From assembly GCA_051530055.1 (NCBI GenBank), contig CM121343.1:4620389-4684388 (forward strand): DNA of 64,000 nucleotides, read 5' to 3'. A program made the position numbers and the translations under genes. Source of the stretch: Neoechinorhynchus agilis. Lineage: Eukaryota; Animalia; Acanthocephala. The notes under the pieces were generated by a model that saw only the letters and a program-made list of their open reading frames with translations, made no database searches and was not told the DNA's origin. Below are positions 24,790 to 38,721 of the stretch, in pieces (the stretch's first letter is position 1; each line of letters opens with the position of its first letter).

Positions 24790-26421
24790 CATTCACACCA
24801 CCGCCTTTCTGGATCACTCAGCTGCCTTAGTAGTGTAACGGTCGAATGGAAGGGAGGCAGCGTGACCTCGTCTAAAATGAAAAATCAACTGGGAGATTTG
24901 TGTACAAACTGTTTAAGATGATTTTTATGAGTTCCGGATGACATGCTAATGTGTACCTTGCCCGCGGCACGCTGCCAACATAGAACGTTTCCTATAATGG
25001 AACATTTTTGCACTTAATTGCCATTTAGTTAGCATTCTCAGAAATCAAAATAATAAACAGTTTTCCGTGGGGGCATTGTACGAAATAATAAATAATTTAG
25101 TTGCGAGCAGGTTATAATTAGACTGCGTGCGTGGAGGAGTTGGCGAGGTAGAGAAATAGTAATCAACACCTTTGGACCGCATTGATTGTTGTGTTATTAC
25201 ATTACAGACTGCTGATGCTTAGACAACTTGAATCAAATTCCGCCAATATTAAATCTCCATTGAAGCGTGGAATTGCTTTTGTGTGATTAGGTGGTGGCTT
25301 ATAATCGTGAAATGATTGATAAATCTTGAGTTTAGAGTATTTTTCATACACCGGATATGTCATTTTGTAATTTGGGTGCCCGGTGTGCAATTGCTACTAT
25401 CGGTTTCAGCGAATGACTATGTACTTCCCGTGCAGACGTCTCGTCTGACCGCAAAATTTCGATATCTGCCATCATCATCATCATCGTCGTCGAATGGCTA
25501 TTTACATTTTATTTATTTTTTTATTGTAAGTATCGAACCCTTGGTGAAGACGGCAAATGCTCTTGATTCAAAAAAACGATTCGATGGTGGCGAGGACATG
25601 TAAGCTCATAACCACTCCTGCAAATTAAAATATGACCTAATTACCGGATAGAAAATACCATTCTTTATTTATGAATACTTAAGTTCTTGAAATTATTAAT
25701 GAGGCTGACTAGCGAGTCGTAGACGTCAAAATACCCCTATCTAAACCAATTATCATCTATACAAATATTTTCTAGGTAAAATCAATTTTTGCATTCTCGA
25801 CATCCTTATGAACGTTTATCGGAAATCATGATCACCATAAACTTCCGCCCTTTGCTGGTCCAAAGTCTCAAGTACATGTCAATTACATGCATTATCAAAA
25901 TTGACTTATATGAGGACTTCTCGTTATAGTTTATCTCATGGAATTCGCTTCGAACAAGTACGCGGTGACATGCAAATCACTGAATTATCTAATCTTGAAG
26001 AAAATCCATTCAATTTCATTCCCACAAGGATGCTACGGTTAGATGTATTATGTGAAGAGTGTTAGGTAGAGCGCAATGGGCTTTCTAGTTGTAGATAGGA
26101 TAGCAATCTCAGCAATCGAAAACTTGATTTGACTGATGAAATTTAAAGCCTCCTCTTCGTCATGCATGTTTCAGAAATCCCTCCTTAACATGGCAAACGA
26201 CTAAGATCTTATATCCATATAAGTGACTGAAATTCGAAAGGGATACCCCGCAGACAAAAAGACATTGGTTATCGCGGCGAAAACTGCTAACAGTGTAAAT
26301 ATAAACGAAAACATTCTTTACACCATGTGCATCAACAAAAGCGAGAATATCAGGAAGTGGGAACTTTTCAGGCTCTACAGTGTATCGTAATTCAATATTA
26401 GTGCTTAATCTCACGTCTGCC
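24790..26421 (-). CDS. Highly divergent PRMT5-like locus, short-intron gene or pseudogene
   Basis: Colinear fragments resemble PRMT5: N-terminal TIM segment (PDILAFVDAHG...FRRD), YMSSPP..FESRAFAVFTK(D) vs YLQSPL..LESQTYEVFEKD, GDLILAEF vs ADIIVSEL, and RRWCE vs KVWYEW. The exon structure could not be fully resolved. Confidence 0.45.
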
Positions 26422-29400
26422 AAAAAAATGTAAAAATTGCGCGTTGCAATAAGTAAATCCTAGCTGAATAACTTGGCTCTCTACTTTTTGATAGCCAGAA
26501 TTCGTGTCCCTCGTATTAATTCTCAAATGTATACGCGGAATGATAAAGATGAGAACTTGCTTGTGTCTCTAATCATTCAACGATCTTGAATGCCATCGAC
26601 TTGTAGAATCCTCACAACGACCTTCACATTGGTGTAAATGCTAATTTAGCCTTCGTTTCTTTAGCATCAATTCAGTAATCGACTTGGTCGAAACCCACAA
26701 GGGACGGTGCATGCAACCATTATGGCGACCATGGTTTTCCGCATGCCTCGTCTCGTCGATAATTATCGAAACGGAAGTTGACGAGAAACCATGGTTAATA
26801 TTGTGGACCAGACGAAATTTAACTTGTTGGAATTCCTGTCATTTCTTAACAATTTTGAGACTTCGGGACCGCCGTAAAATTATAGTCTAATTTTTTAATA
26901 TCGATAGAATAAGATTGTTTCAATTTTAGAATGAAGTATAGAAGTTAACCCCAATTCGCGTGAGCAATTTGTTAATTTTTGATGCCTCTAAGAAACACAA
27001 AACCAAAGTTTATTTTGATTGGCTGAAACATAATCGCTGTAACAAAGGCGTTTGTTTTTTTATGGTGTCTCCGGCGGCTTTGGCGAGATCCTTGATTGAT
27101 AAGAAAAATACATAGATTTTCGATCGAGTGGGCGCTTATCAACTAAATTTGCCACTTCTAACTAAATTACAGCATTCGCATTCATTGTGTGATCAATCAC
27201 TTTAGATAATTTGGTTTAATTAAATATTTATGAACCACACCTAATTTAAAGGCTGATTGTTTTCTCTACTAAAGGTGCCAATTTCAGCACTTGGGTTGAC
27301 CTGGTGTATTGCTTATTAAGCATTTGCCTTTATTGCTAAATTTTCGATTCATGTGTCACACATACCTGCATGCTAAGGACGAACTCGTGCTGGTAGGCGC
27401 CCATAAATTCATTTTGCTTGTGATTTATAGTGCATTAATTCTGGATCCTAAATAAGTGGCTTAAAGCGCTTCGCATCTGGCCAGGATATGTTTTAAGGAC
27501 GCATAGCATTCAACCACTTTCTATGTAGGCTTCATCGCCGCCGATACCAATGAATTATGCTCCATCGTCCATTGTGCGTCGATGCTGGCGGTGTTGTAGT
27601 CTCTCAATGGATGCTTTAGCAGATATAAACGGCGCATTACGCCACAGAGTGCTAGAAACGGCATCCCTTGCGGGTCATTTCAGCGGAAATTCACGGTCAA
27701 TGTTGTTGCGTTAATGCTTATTCTCGTCTTTGTTTTCCTAGGGGCGGAATCTAAGGCTTTTCAGAGGGGAACTGTTCTGTTTTTTGTCACCTAATGAGCC
27801 AGCAGAAGAAATCAGAAGCACTCCACGCGGCTGAAATACAATGTTTACCGGCGCCTGCAGACTAGAACCAATAAATCACTTTAGGCTACTACTACTACTA
27901 AGCTTGTTTTCGCTTTCAAGCACAACACGGTGATTATGGAACATCTTTCCGAGCACAACCCATGCCTTTGTTGCAAAAAAATCAAATTGGTTCCACCACA
28001 CTGCAGCTACCACCATAGAGTTCCTCCAAATTGCATGCTCTCCCTTTGATCTACGCCGTGTAAACTGTCAACATAAAGGTATTCATTAATATTGAATGAA
28101 AAGGTGGTATAGTGCTGCCGCATGGGCTTTCTACTTCCAAACGTGATTGCCACTCTAGACCATCGCAAAAATGGAGTAGACGATGCGAGCTGCCGGGCCG
28201 TTATGCAGAAGGGTCCGAGTTTGTCGCACTTTTCGACCACAAACAAAATATGTTCATGCCTTCGCATTTGGGTCGCCCATTTTCGCTTCGTCTAGCCTCC
28301 CTTCTCCATCACACACTCACACACACACACAATGACTTCATCAATTTTATACGCTTCATGGAACTTGAAGTCCCATGCAGAATCGAGTCCGAAGCTTAAT
28401 TACGGAATCCGCCTTCCAAGGGAACCCCCGCTGACATGATACCGCTTCTCGTATTGCGCTGGCCATCGATTATCATCTACTAAATTAACGCCGCCGCCCT
28501 AACCATTGAAGACCCGTGTTTATTCACGTGAATTATGGAAATGCGCGAAATTTTTGCTCTGAGTATTCCTTCACTCGCTATATTGGAAATTCGAAATCAA
28601 CTATTGATAAATTGTTTCGAAAATGCAACAATTTATGAAGAATGATTCTACTTTGCCCTTTTTTGTTAGCTAACAATTTGAAGGAATACAAGAAAACTCA
28701 GCGACCATCGATTGGAAGAAATTGACTTAATCAAAAATCTTTAAGCTACAGAGTTTTATTTCCTTCATTTCATCAATTATACCAAAAAGCCATAATATCT
28801 CGTTCAGTCTTTTTAGGCGGTTGAATTGTAAAATTTTAGTACATCCTCGAAAATTTTGATGTCCTTTGAAACTCGAACTTTCACATTTTTATTGCTATAT
28901 CGAACAGAAATGCGAAATATTGGGTTCAGTATTGGCATGTTTTTTTTCATTGCAGATTTTGGCTGCTTCTCTTTCCAAATTTCCTTCGTTGTGTGTAAAT
29001 TTTGCTAACAACCTTAATGGAGGCACACGAGTGTGCTGAAATCAATGGGATTCAATAAATTATTTTAATTTTCCGTCATAACAAAACAAACTATTTTACG
29101 CAATTTTCCATGGTGCCAACATGCTATTGTATTTGATATTCCCAAGTTGAATATCCGTTAAATTTTTCAATGGTGGAATTTGTTTTCCTTTAATAGGTCC
29201 AAAGTCATATGCCCTAAATATTAATACTTAAAATGGATTCTAAAAATTTCCTACTGCATTCTGAACATCATCCACTTGGTAGACAAAAAGTCTATTGTTA
29301 CCATCACCATTTATTCTCTTTTGCACACCTCCTGGGAGTCTGAATACCCTATCTTCCCATCGTGAAACATTGGACGATACTGTACCGTAGTGGAAAACGA

Positions 29401-29494
29401 CAATCGAAACACTCTGCGCTACTGTTCTGTAACTGCATAAATTCGGTCAACCATCAAGTTATTGTTCGAGACATTTTTTCCAGAATTATGCATC

Positions 29495-32400
29495 ATGCTT
29501 TCCAACGGAAACTATCTAATTCACGCTCTTCTGATCATCTTATTCAATCCTACAAACTATGATTGCCTTAACCTTGCTCTAAAATCGGTAAACGGTGAGA
29601 AAACGAAGAACCATTGGTCAGGTAAGCACTAAAATCACTTTTGTTGTATTTTACTCAATATTTAGGTGAACCTTCACGTGAAGTGATTAAAGGTTTGCCG
29701 ACAATCACTAGCCATCCTCAATCCCAAATTGTACGTGTGAATGGAAACGTAGAACTGTTATGTGAAACTAACGTACATAACGCACAAATAGCCTGGTTTT
29801 ACGGGCAGAAACGACTCAAGGTAGCATTCGACGTTCAAATCGACAATAGCAAACTTTTGCTGAAACATTTTGCTACAAATCAATCTTCGGTGGGTCCTGG
29901 AAAGTACCACTGTGTGCTTTCAACACCTAAAGGAGACATCTTAAGTCGATCAGCTTATTTATCAATACCACGTAAGTTGTGCATTCGATATCGCTTCGAT
30001 AAAATTCTGCGAAGTGGAGACTCAGGGTGCTTTGTCGCATGTTGATGTGTTTCTTTGTGGAGTTGATTTCTTAGATTTTACATGCATTTGTACCTTTGGA
30101 GTGTCATATAATTCCCCTGCTCTTGTAAGGTTGTAATTCGAGCCTAAAACCTGTTTAATTATCATGACAATGCTTTGCTAAACACTTTTTTATACAGGTT
30201 CATTGACACAAAAGTTATATAGAGACTAAGAGCGCATACACACTGATAATACCCAATAGATCGCTGAGATAGGACCGAAGTATTGCTAGTGTTTTTTTTA
30301 AAGATAATGCGAAAGGCAGTCTGTCGTTAACTGAATTTTGAAACACTTTTGCCATTAAGATGAAATTTTATTCGCTAGCGTGTACCGTGGATTTCCAAGC
30401 TCTCCTTTCATAATACTTTAGTTCTGTCCGACTTCAAGAAATCGCGTTCCCGTCGAGTTCTAGTAGCAAAAGAGCACGATACAATTGTCGTTGAATGCAG
30501 TCTCACCCATAGCCTACCGCCTGCAGTACCGATCATCTATACACCCGAAGGAGCGCCAATATCTGACGCAACAGGTAAATATATCGAATTTTAGTTCTGC
30601 ACATACAATTTATCTCCCGTTCCTTCGGTGATCTCATTTCTAGTTAAATATGTACTGATGCCAAGCGGAAATTTGTATATAAAGGATGTACAAATGTCTG
30701 ATACAGGTCTTTACAAGTGCGGAGCATACAATCCTGTTTTGAAGAAGACTGTAAATAGTTCCGTCGAGACCTGGCTTAGGGTCGTGAGAACAGCACGTGA
30801 TGTTACCGATAGAAGTCAACTCGGTCTGACCGTAGCGAGCAACGGGAAGATGTACGTGGAACCACCCAAAGCACTTAGAGTTGTCCAAGGATCTAACTTA
30901 ACACTCGAGTGCGCCCCCAATCAGCTTCCAGGATTGATTATATGGGAAAAGTTCGGTGGAAGACTACCGGAGAAAAGATCGCACTACGATCCTGATCTTG
31001 GTATTCTTGAAATCAGAGAATTACGTGTATCGGATCGTGGAACGTACATCTGCAAGGTCTACGAACAAATCGGATCGGGAAACAAAAGTCCTATATGGAT
31101 GAGTCGAAGCCTCGTTGAAGTTGAGCAGCCTCCAAAGTTCATAAATGCACATAAATTGTTAAAAGCAAAGCCGCTCGCTAATGTAGATCTTCCTTGTGCA
31201 CCGGACGAAGGGAAACCGAAATCGAGTATTGCATGGATGTTCAATGCAGTACCTATCCCGCTGTCGAACACATCAAGTCATACGTTCTCTGAAAAGGACA
31301 ACACTTTACGTTTGATTGGAATTGACCATCGTCGACATGAGGGCGTCTATCAGTGTATAGCGGATAATCGGCATGGATCTGACATTTTGACATACTATGT
31401 GAGCGTCGATAACCAGCAGAATCACGGCCAGCCGAGAGTTAACATGGATATCGTGGTGGTGCCACCGAAGCAAACGGTTCGTGAAACTGAAACAATAACA
31501 ATGGATTGCTTGACTGGATACGCACATCCGATCTATTGGATTCACGTTGACGGTAATGGGAAAATGCGTCCGGCGAACGTAGTGTTCAAGGACCGAATGG
31601 AGTTGATTGACGAACGGACATTGGTAATCAAAGATGCTCGGGTATCCGATGGGGGTACGTTTATATGTAATGCCTATGAATCTCGGACTAGAAGGAACTT
31701 GAATGCGACTTCGTACGTCTTAGTAGAAGCCAAAATCGTAGCAGATCAAGACGAAGAAGGTAAGCACGGGTATTCATTAAAGTGCAAGCACATATCCTCC
31801 ACGTTGAGACCTAGTTTCGTGCCGGTTGAATAGACCGAGTGCAGTTTTCGGTCGTGTGCAAGTCCAATAATTGCACAACATACTTTTTCGCTCTCTTTGC
31901 CTCGCATTCTCTTCGCGCACCAAATAGCATACATTAGGCCGTTGCGAGAGAGAGACTGTCAAAGTACAACGTGACACACACAATGTATACCGTATTCAAT
32001 CCTATTCTGGAATCGACGTATCATTCATATTTGAAACTAACTGGAGACTCACCACTTGCCGCAGACAACTGACGCTGAGACTAGCGGCGGCGGCAGCAGC
32101 AGCTAGCGACCATTTAGAAATCAGTCGTCCGGTTGCATGCGGTGATTTTCCCCTCAAAAACGTGTCCACGCACCAACCACCACCTCGCCGCCACCGCACC
32201 CAACAACAACAACCTGACTGACATGTTGCTTAGTTAAAAAACTATATCACATCGCTAGGCTTTTTTATAGCCAACAACTGTGTCGACCCTTATTGAAAAA
32301 ATATCCTTTTTCACAAAAAACACATTCTCTCGTCCATCACAATTCGATCAGAATTGCTGAAAACGCCAACTTAACGTACAAACGCGACTTTCTATCCGCG

Positions 32401-35400
32401 CCGCTGACCCTTTAATTTCATTATCCAGACAAAACTAGTCGCCATTTTCCTCAAACGCTAGACGCTTGTCATTGGATATCATAAATCAAAGACGTCGTAC
32501 CCTTCTAACCATCCGCACTCCGTGTCTCACAAGGTTATCGTGACGAAATTCGATTAATTACTGGTGTCTCCACGACCACCACGAATCCCAACTTATTCCA
32601 AGGAGACAATCGTCCTAACAACTTGCAACTCCAAAAGCCTCGTCCACTCAGCAGCAGCAACAACAACAAAAGGCATAAGGTAAATATAAAAAAATACGGA
32701 TTTAATTTGATGTGAACCTTAAGAACAAAATGACAGGGCATTCTCAACAATCGCATCCATCTGCTGGGTTTGATCCAGTTGTTGTAACCTTGACCGAAAT
32801 TACCGAATTATCGGAGGAATTGGACGACTCTCGGTCCGAACCAAACGTCGTCCTAAAATGGGACGTACTACGGGGAGCAGATCTAATTGAGAAGTTCCAT
32901 GTTCTATACTCGATATGGCCAAATGACGAGTCAACTCACGAAGTACACGACCACCGCTATTTTGAACTTGATAGCACTATTCCATCCAAGGCGCGGTCTT
33001 ATACGCTAGGCAACAGTTTCGGTGATGGTAAGTGTTAATTTGTTGTTGTTGTTGTTGTTGCTTTTAACCCGGAACAACAAAAGAGTACGCGAGTATTTAA
33101 TTCTCCAGTCGAAGTTACCTCATTAGCTTTGAAGGGTTTTAACAGCAGCCATGTTTTAATGTCGAATCTTTCCATAAGAACAAAGACGGACACTGAACAA
33201 AAATATTATTGGCCTTTTTTATAGCTTCAAATTGTTTTTCGGTTTCGTACTTTTTCAGACCGGCTGATGCCATTGTGTGTGTGTGTGGTCAGTGTGCTGT
33301 GGGGTTACACAACCAACACTGCGACCACGACCATAATCACCGCTACCACTGCTACTACTACTACAGCTACCGCCATCAACAGTAGCACAGCGACACTAGT
33401 CTATTCAGCGTGTATTTATGTGCGTAAGGCTTCGCCTCAAGTGTTGCTGCTAGTGTTACAGTAGCCCAGTTCCGTCCATAGTGCGAACCAGCAGGGTAGT
33501 AGTAATGAGCGTCACCTTTAGTATTTTGCTTTTCATCTTTTTAACTCGAATAATCTATAACTTTTAGCGAAGCGATACAAGTTTCAAATCGAAGCAATCA
33601 CTGGCAAGTCTGGTAGTTTCAAAAGTAATCCGATGATGTTTGATAATCATCGATTCCTCATTCAACATCACAAAAATCTTGAAGCGAAATCAATGCGACC
33701 AGTTCTTGACGATGTTTGGGAAGTACCTGTAAAGTCAAATCGAAACAACTCCATGGCTGCCGGGCTCAGATGGCGATACGGTAATCCGCAACACGATGGC
33801 GATTTCGGAGCCCTTCCCGAAGGATTTAAAATATATTATCGTCGCCAAGGCCATGAATCTAACTACACAATCATAAATGTACCAAGGAGTGGTAAACATG
33901 CCATCTACTCGTATCTCCTAAAAGACCTTCAACTTGATTGCAAGTACGAGTTCAAAGTTTGCGCTTACAACGGCGAGTGGACAAGCAAATTAAGTAATCC
34001 AGTATTTATGAGTAAAACGAGCAGGGACAAGAACGCGGAAACTGTTGTGTGGATGCAGCAGGACTCACAAGCGATTGATGCCGGTTCTACTGATAGTTTA
34101 ACATTTATGGAAAACAGGGCCGACGGTCATTCGATTGCAGCAATAGGACAAAATGACAGTAACTCACAACAGGCTTTTCTTGTTGAATCGCATTCCAATA
34201 CCGACAGCAGCAACCACCTTGTGTACTCCGCAATAGCCATTATTTTGGCTTCCTTATTGTTATTCATGATTGCATCGATCACCTTCTGCACTTATCGTTT
34301 ACGTCGTTCACGTAGACTTAGAAATAGATGCCATCCACACATGAACACTGGTTACCGAACAGGTCGTACCATCAACTCCGACCATGATCTGAAAAGTATC
34401 AGCAGATACTTGGCACCAAATGATGGCAATGCTGGCGATTTATTCATTCCTGGAATGGGCAAAATTGCAGCGAACGAGGAAATTATGGAAGTAAGGGGGG
34501 CGCCGTTCTATCAGCAACTCCAATCAGGGCGTCTGACGAAAAAACATAAGATATCAACGCCTCGCAGTAAACGGAATTCATTCTGGAAAATGCTGTTTTC
34601 ATTTGGAAAGAAATCGCCTCCGAGTGATAGCTTTTGTCGGCTCCCGCATCATCCGTGCTATTGCGGCTCAACAGTATCTGGACATCCGCTGCCCTCAAAT
34701 GCGACAACTGCCCCTACTAGTTGCTGGACTTCTGCGGACGAGGACCCGACAGCTTTGCTGAATAATCACGATCTACAACACATTATGGCGCAGCACCAAA
34801 GGTGCTATCTAAAATGCAATCATGACTATCCCACCGCAGGACATGTGAAATTAGGTGGCGGAACAATTGGATCGAAAACAAGTAATGATTTGCAACAACA
34901 ACATTGTTGCTTTTCTCAGCACCAACGATGTTCATTGGCTAGATGTACGAATAGCATCGCCTCAGGAGTCTACATCGATCCATCACAAGGAATCGGGAGC
35001 AAACCTTCATCTATTGCACCTGATCGGACGAATTCATCAGAAGCACCTCTTCTACCGCAAACGCAGGCTGAAAACTTTTACCACACTCTTAACTGTTCCA
35101 TGGTAGCTTCGCCTCCTCCTCCCTTGTCGATGCACCACCGTCTGACAACGGTGCAAAATGTGCCATCTTCGCCATCATTATATCTACCCACAGAACCTGT
35201 CCCTTACTGCTACCACTGCGCCACTGTGGCTACTATGGCGTCCATTCAAAGGCGTCATTCAAGATGCTGCCCTGGTCCTCGATGTGACAACATTGCATTG
35301 TCCAGAACAGGACTATCTTCGTTTCCCTCATCAACGCCCACAGTTCAAAACGATGTTGTATCTCCACAGTCACCTTCTGAGGTCTCTGCAGTGCCGTGCA

Positions 35401-35456
35401 CTTCTGCAAGTCAAGAGGACTTCAAAGGATCCAACGACAATGTAAAACAAACATAA
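29495..35456 (+). CDS. CDON/BOC/Ihog-family Hedgehog co-receptor: signal peptide, 5 Ig, 2 FN3, TM, long cytoplasmic tail
   Basis: Signal peptide MLSNGNYLIHALLIILF. Ig2 reads VECSLTHSLPPA...YVLMPSGNLYIKDVQMSDTGLYKCGAYNPV, matching CDON/BOC [30 protein letters not shown]. FN3s VVLKWDV...YKFQIEAI and LRWRY...FKIYYR...YEFKVCAYN; TM AIAIILASLLLFMIASITFC. Confidence 0.78.
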
Positions 35457-37253
35457 GAAAAATCTTTACAAAAGTTCATTTTGTAATAAACTTATTTCAC
35501 TGTACTACTCACCCACTATCCTCGGTTATAAACACCCATAAATATTCCGCACTTTCGCGGCGATCCACAAATTGACTTGAATGAATGCTAGTTTTTTTGT
35601 GCGCAAAAGTACTTTACACCTTTTTTAGCATGTATAATTTAATCGACCAATCACTTTGTGAAACCTATGTCTTTATTACTTCTTTCTTCATCCCTTTTCG
35701 GGGTCGCACAAAAAAGTACAATCAAACATAGTTCATCATCATCTCTCTCGACCGTTTGTCCTCTGCAACTGCGTCTTTCCACCTTTTTTTGGTCTGCCTC
35801 GTCTCCTTGTTCCCTCAATCTCCATTTCCACTATTTCGGATATAAGAGCGATAATCTACATAGACCAATTTAGGCACATTTGCAAAATTGACTTTATATA
35901 ATAGTGGCCGGCATTTTATAGTATTTTAGAGAGATGTCAACGAGGCAGAAGTTATGTGTGCTTAGTTCGATGATTGCACTTGACAGGAAAAATGTGTCTA
36001 AAGAGTTAGTGCCTACTGTTCGCGGATCGATTGTTCGTTAGTCCGATCACACTTAGATCACGATAAACGTCGGACCAAATTATTTTGCAAATAAATATTC
36101 GTGCAATGATAAGAAAAATTGAATTAACCTGGCTTTTGGATTAGATGGAAAATGCTATTTTTTTAATCCCATTCAAGCTGTAAAAGACAAGCACTACCAT
36201 GCCGGAAGCCTACGATTCCGTATGTATTAAAGCTTGCAATTTCGTTGAAAGGATTTCAAAAGACCAATTTTCAGGATATCAATGTAGTCCTTTCAACACA
36301 AAAATACAACAACTGCATTTTTATTGATTTTTAAGAAAAATATGAAAGCGCGATTCAAATTTTGGAGATAAGCATTTAATTTTTAGAAGCACCTTTTATA
36401 CATGTGATTCTACAGAGCCTACGTGTTTAATAATTTAGCATTATATCGTCGCATAGCAAAAAACTAAAAAGGTCGTTTATGATAATTTTCCTAGTCTAAA
36501 GAAATTAAAAGGCCGTAATATATCATAATAATTATTGAATCCATTTTTTTCTATCAACACTAAACCCGCTGCCGCTATATCTATTCGTAAATGCATGAAA
36601 GTCTTGCTTATTGGTGAATCTAAAATAAAAAATGGCTCTATATCAAAGTCTACACGAAGTAGGCGAAGAAATAAGTTAACAAAGAGTGACATGTCCCATT
36701 ACTCATACACCTTTTTCACCTAAAAAACTATGACTAGAAACGAGTTTTGGTAAAAACCAGTGGAATCAAAAATACTTTATATTCACGGTCTGAAGAGAAA
36801 CTAAGCTATTTCGGAGAACTGCTCTGAATAATTTAATTTAGAAGAGCCTTTATGCAGTTATTATGGCTGAAAGGTGGCCGGCCCGCAATTTGATGCAGGT
36901 TAAGGCAATTTTGTGCTGATCATCCAAGTTAAGAGTAATTACAAAAATGGTATATTCTGTTGCATTCATGCAAAAAATACCTGAGATTTTATTGAATTAT
37001 AAATCTTTTCTGAAAATAAACGAGGGTTTGTCCTATTTTCTAAAAATAAAAAGTTCTTGTGATGTAAGTGCGCAGTGATATTAATATATATAATATATTC
37101 ATTTTATAATAATCAATTATTGCTTAAGACAGCAAAAATATAGCAACCAATTTTTTGTGTGATCCACATAATACCCGCAACAAGTTTAGTTTCTAATAAT
37201 CATACATATTTAAAAAATCCATTTAAGTACAATTGATCCCGAATCCAAGCTCG

Positions 37254-37833
37254 TCATGCTTGTATATTGCTCACGATTACTAAAGCGATGAATCCACTTA
37301 TAGTTAAGGTCACCAATATCTTAACATCTTCATTCGTTTGTGATGTCTCAATTAAGTTCAGCGTCTAAATGTGCGTAGAATTATAATTTTATTGCGACGT
37401 CGAATCACAACAAAACAACCCATCTAAGAAAGGTCGACATTATCATCAGTGAATACGTGATTGGTAATCGAGTGATGGTTACAGCGATTAATGCCGTAGA
37501 AGATTTTTCGACGTTCTAAAAAAGAAATGAGTTATCGAGCTTTAGTTTTAACTAATAACCTTCATTAATATTCTATATGCAAAATAAACAAATGTAAGCA
37601 CCCGACCAAGAGTAATTGATCCATCCGCAAACACTTCACTTGCGACAGCTTTCAGCAAAGTAAAAGGTGACTGATCAGAAACCATCAAATGAGCAAGCAT
37701 TCTATAGTTTGATACTGGAGACGTAATTAAAATTTTAAATACCTCTGAAATTGTTTATCCAAATCCAGTTCATCTCCCAAAGAACGCAATGTCCGACTTA
37801 CTAATCGCAATTCACCGTCCGGGTAAATCGTTT
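37254..37833 (-). CDS. BAX: Bcl-2 family, Bax-like; exons 37833-37743, 37701-37560, 37515-~37420, 37364-37254; further 5' exon(s) up to ~38.1 kb unresolved
   Basis: Spliced: RLVSRTLRSLGDELDLDKQFQRMLAHLMVSDQSPFTLLKAVASEVFADGSITLGRVLTFVYFAYRILMK...ILVTLTISGFIALVIVSNIQA*. This gives BH3 LRSLGDELD, BH1 VFADG..TLGRV and a C-terminal TM. Introns of 41 and 44 nt keep the frame. Confidence 0.85.
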
Positions 37834-38721
37834 CTAAAGGTCATGCCTCCAGCCGTTAAAAACAATCCTGCACCAAATCGCATCCCTCACCTGATAGGGC
37901 AAATGGAACGGCGAAATGAAAATCATCGTCAGGAGAGCCGTCAATGAAAATCTTACTTGCAAGATTTTGCGAATGAGATGATCGAAAGCCTATTATTCCC
38001 GGCAATTGCTTGCTAGCGTTTCCTTGTGAACCACACGTCTCTGGTCTGGACGTATCACCTATTAGCCGTTTCCTTGGGCGGGCCATGGATTTCGCTATCT
38101 GTGTTGACGGACGCTGGCACCACAAAAATTCGATACGTCATGTACAGTTTAGTACAACGAATTAAAAACGTAAATTTGTTTTCGTATTAGACGAAGAGAT
38201 GCTGGAAAGCTACGTTCACGATGCCAGAATTTCCACTTCATGGTAGTTTTGCAGAAGCACTGGACGTCTTTGTTTTCATTATTCGAAAATATTAGAAATC
38301 TAGCGAAGTGTTTAGAATTGTATTCGTTTTGTGATCGTCATAATAATATTTACCACGGGAATAAAAATAGAACGAATTAAAGAATTCGCATACTTCTTTG
38401 AATTTGTGATTAAACTGTAAAATTATTAAGAGTCGTAATTTAAGTAGACGCGGAAAAAACTATTAAAGTCAACACATTGCACCCATTTGCCAACAATAAT
38501 GTGGGCGATTGCTCGGCTGGTGCTGAGTATTCAGTACAGCACGATAAAATCTAGAGAGCTCATTTAAAAGGGGCACAGACACTGGGGGCGAGAAAGAGAT
38601 AAACTTTAATTCTCAAACAAGAAATCACAAGGCAATTTCCCCCTCGACACGGAACGAAATCATACGAACATTAATCATGGCATATTATGCAATCTTCTTA
38701 ATTTATAATAATAAGTTTATT

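Noticed and set aside
33267-33464. Thr-rich ORF inside the CDON locus
   Set aside because: It derives from TG and ACT/ACC microsatellite-like intron sequence and does not fit the exon chain.
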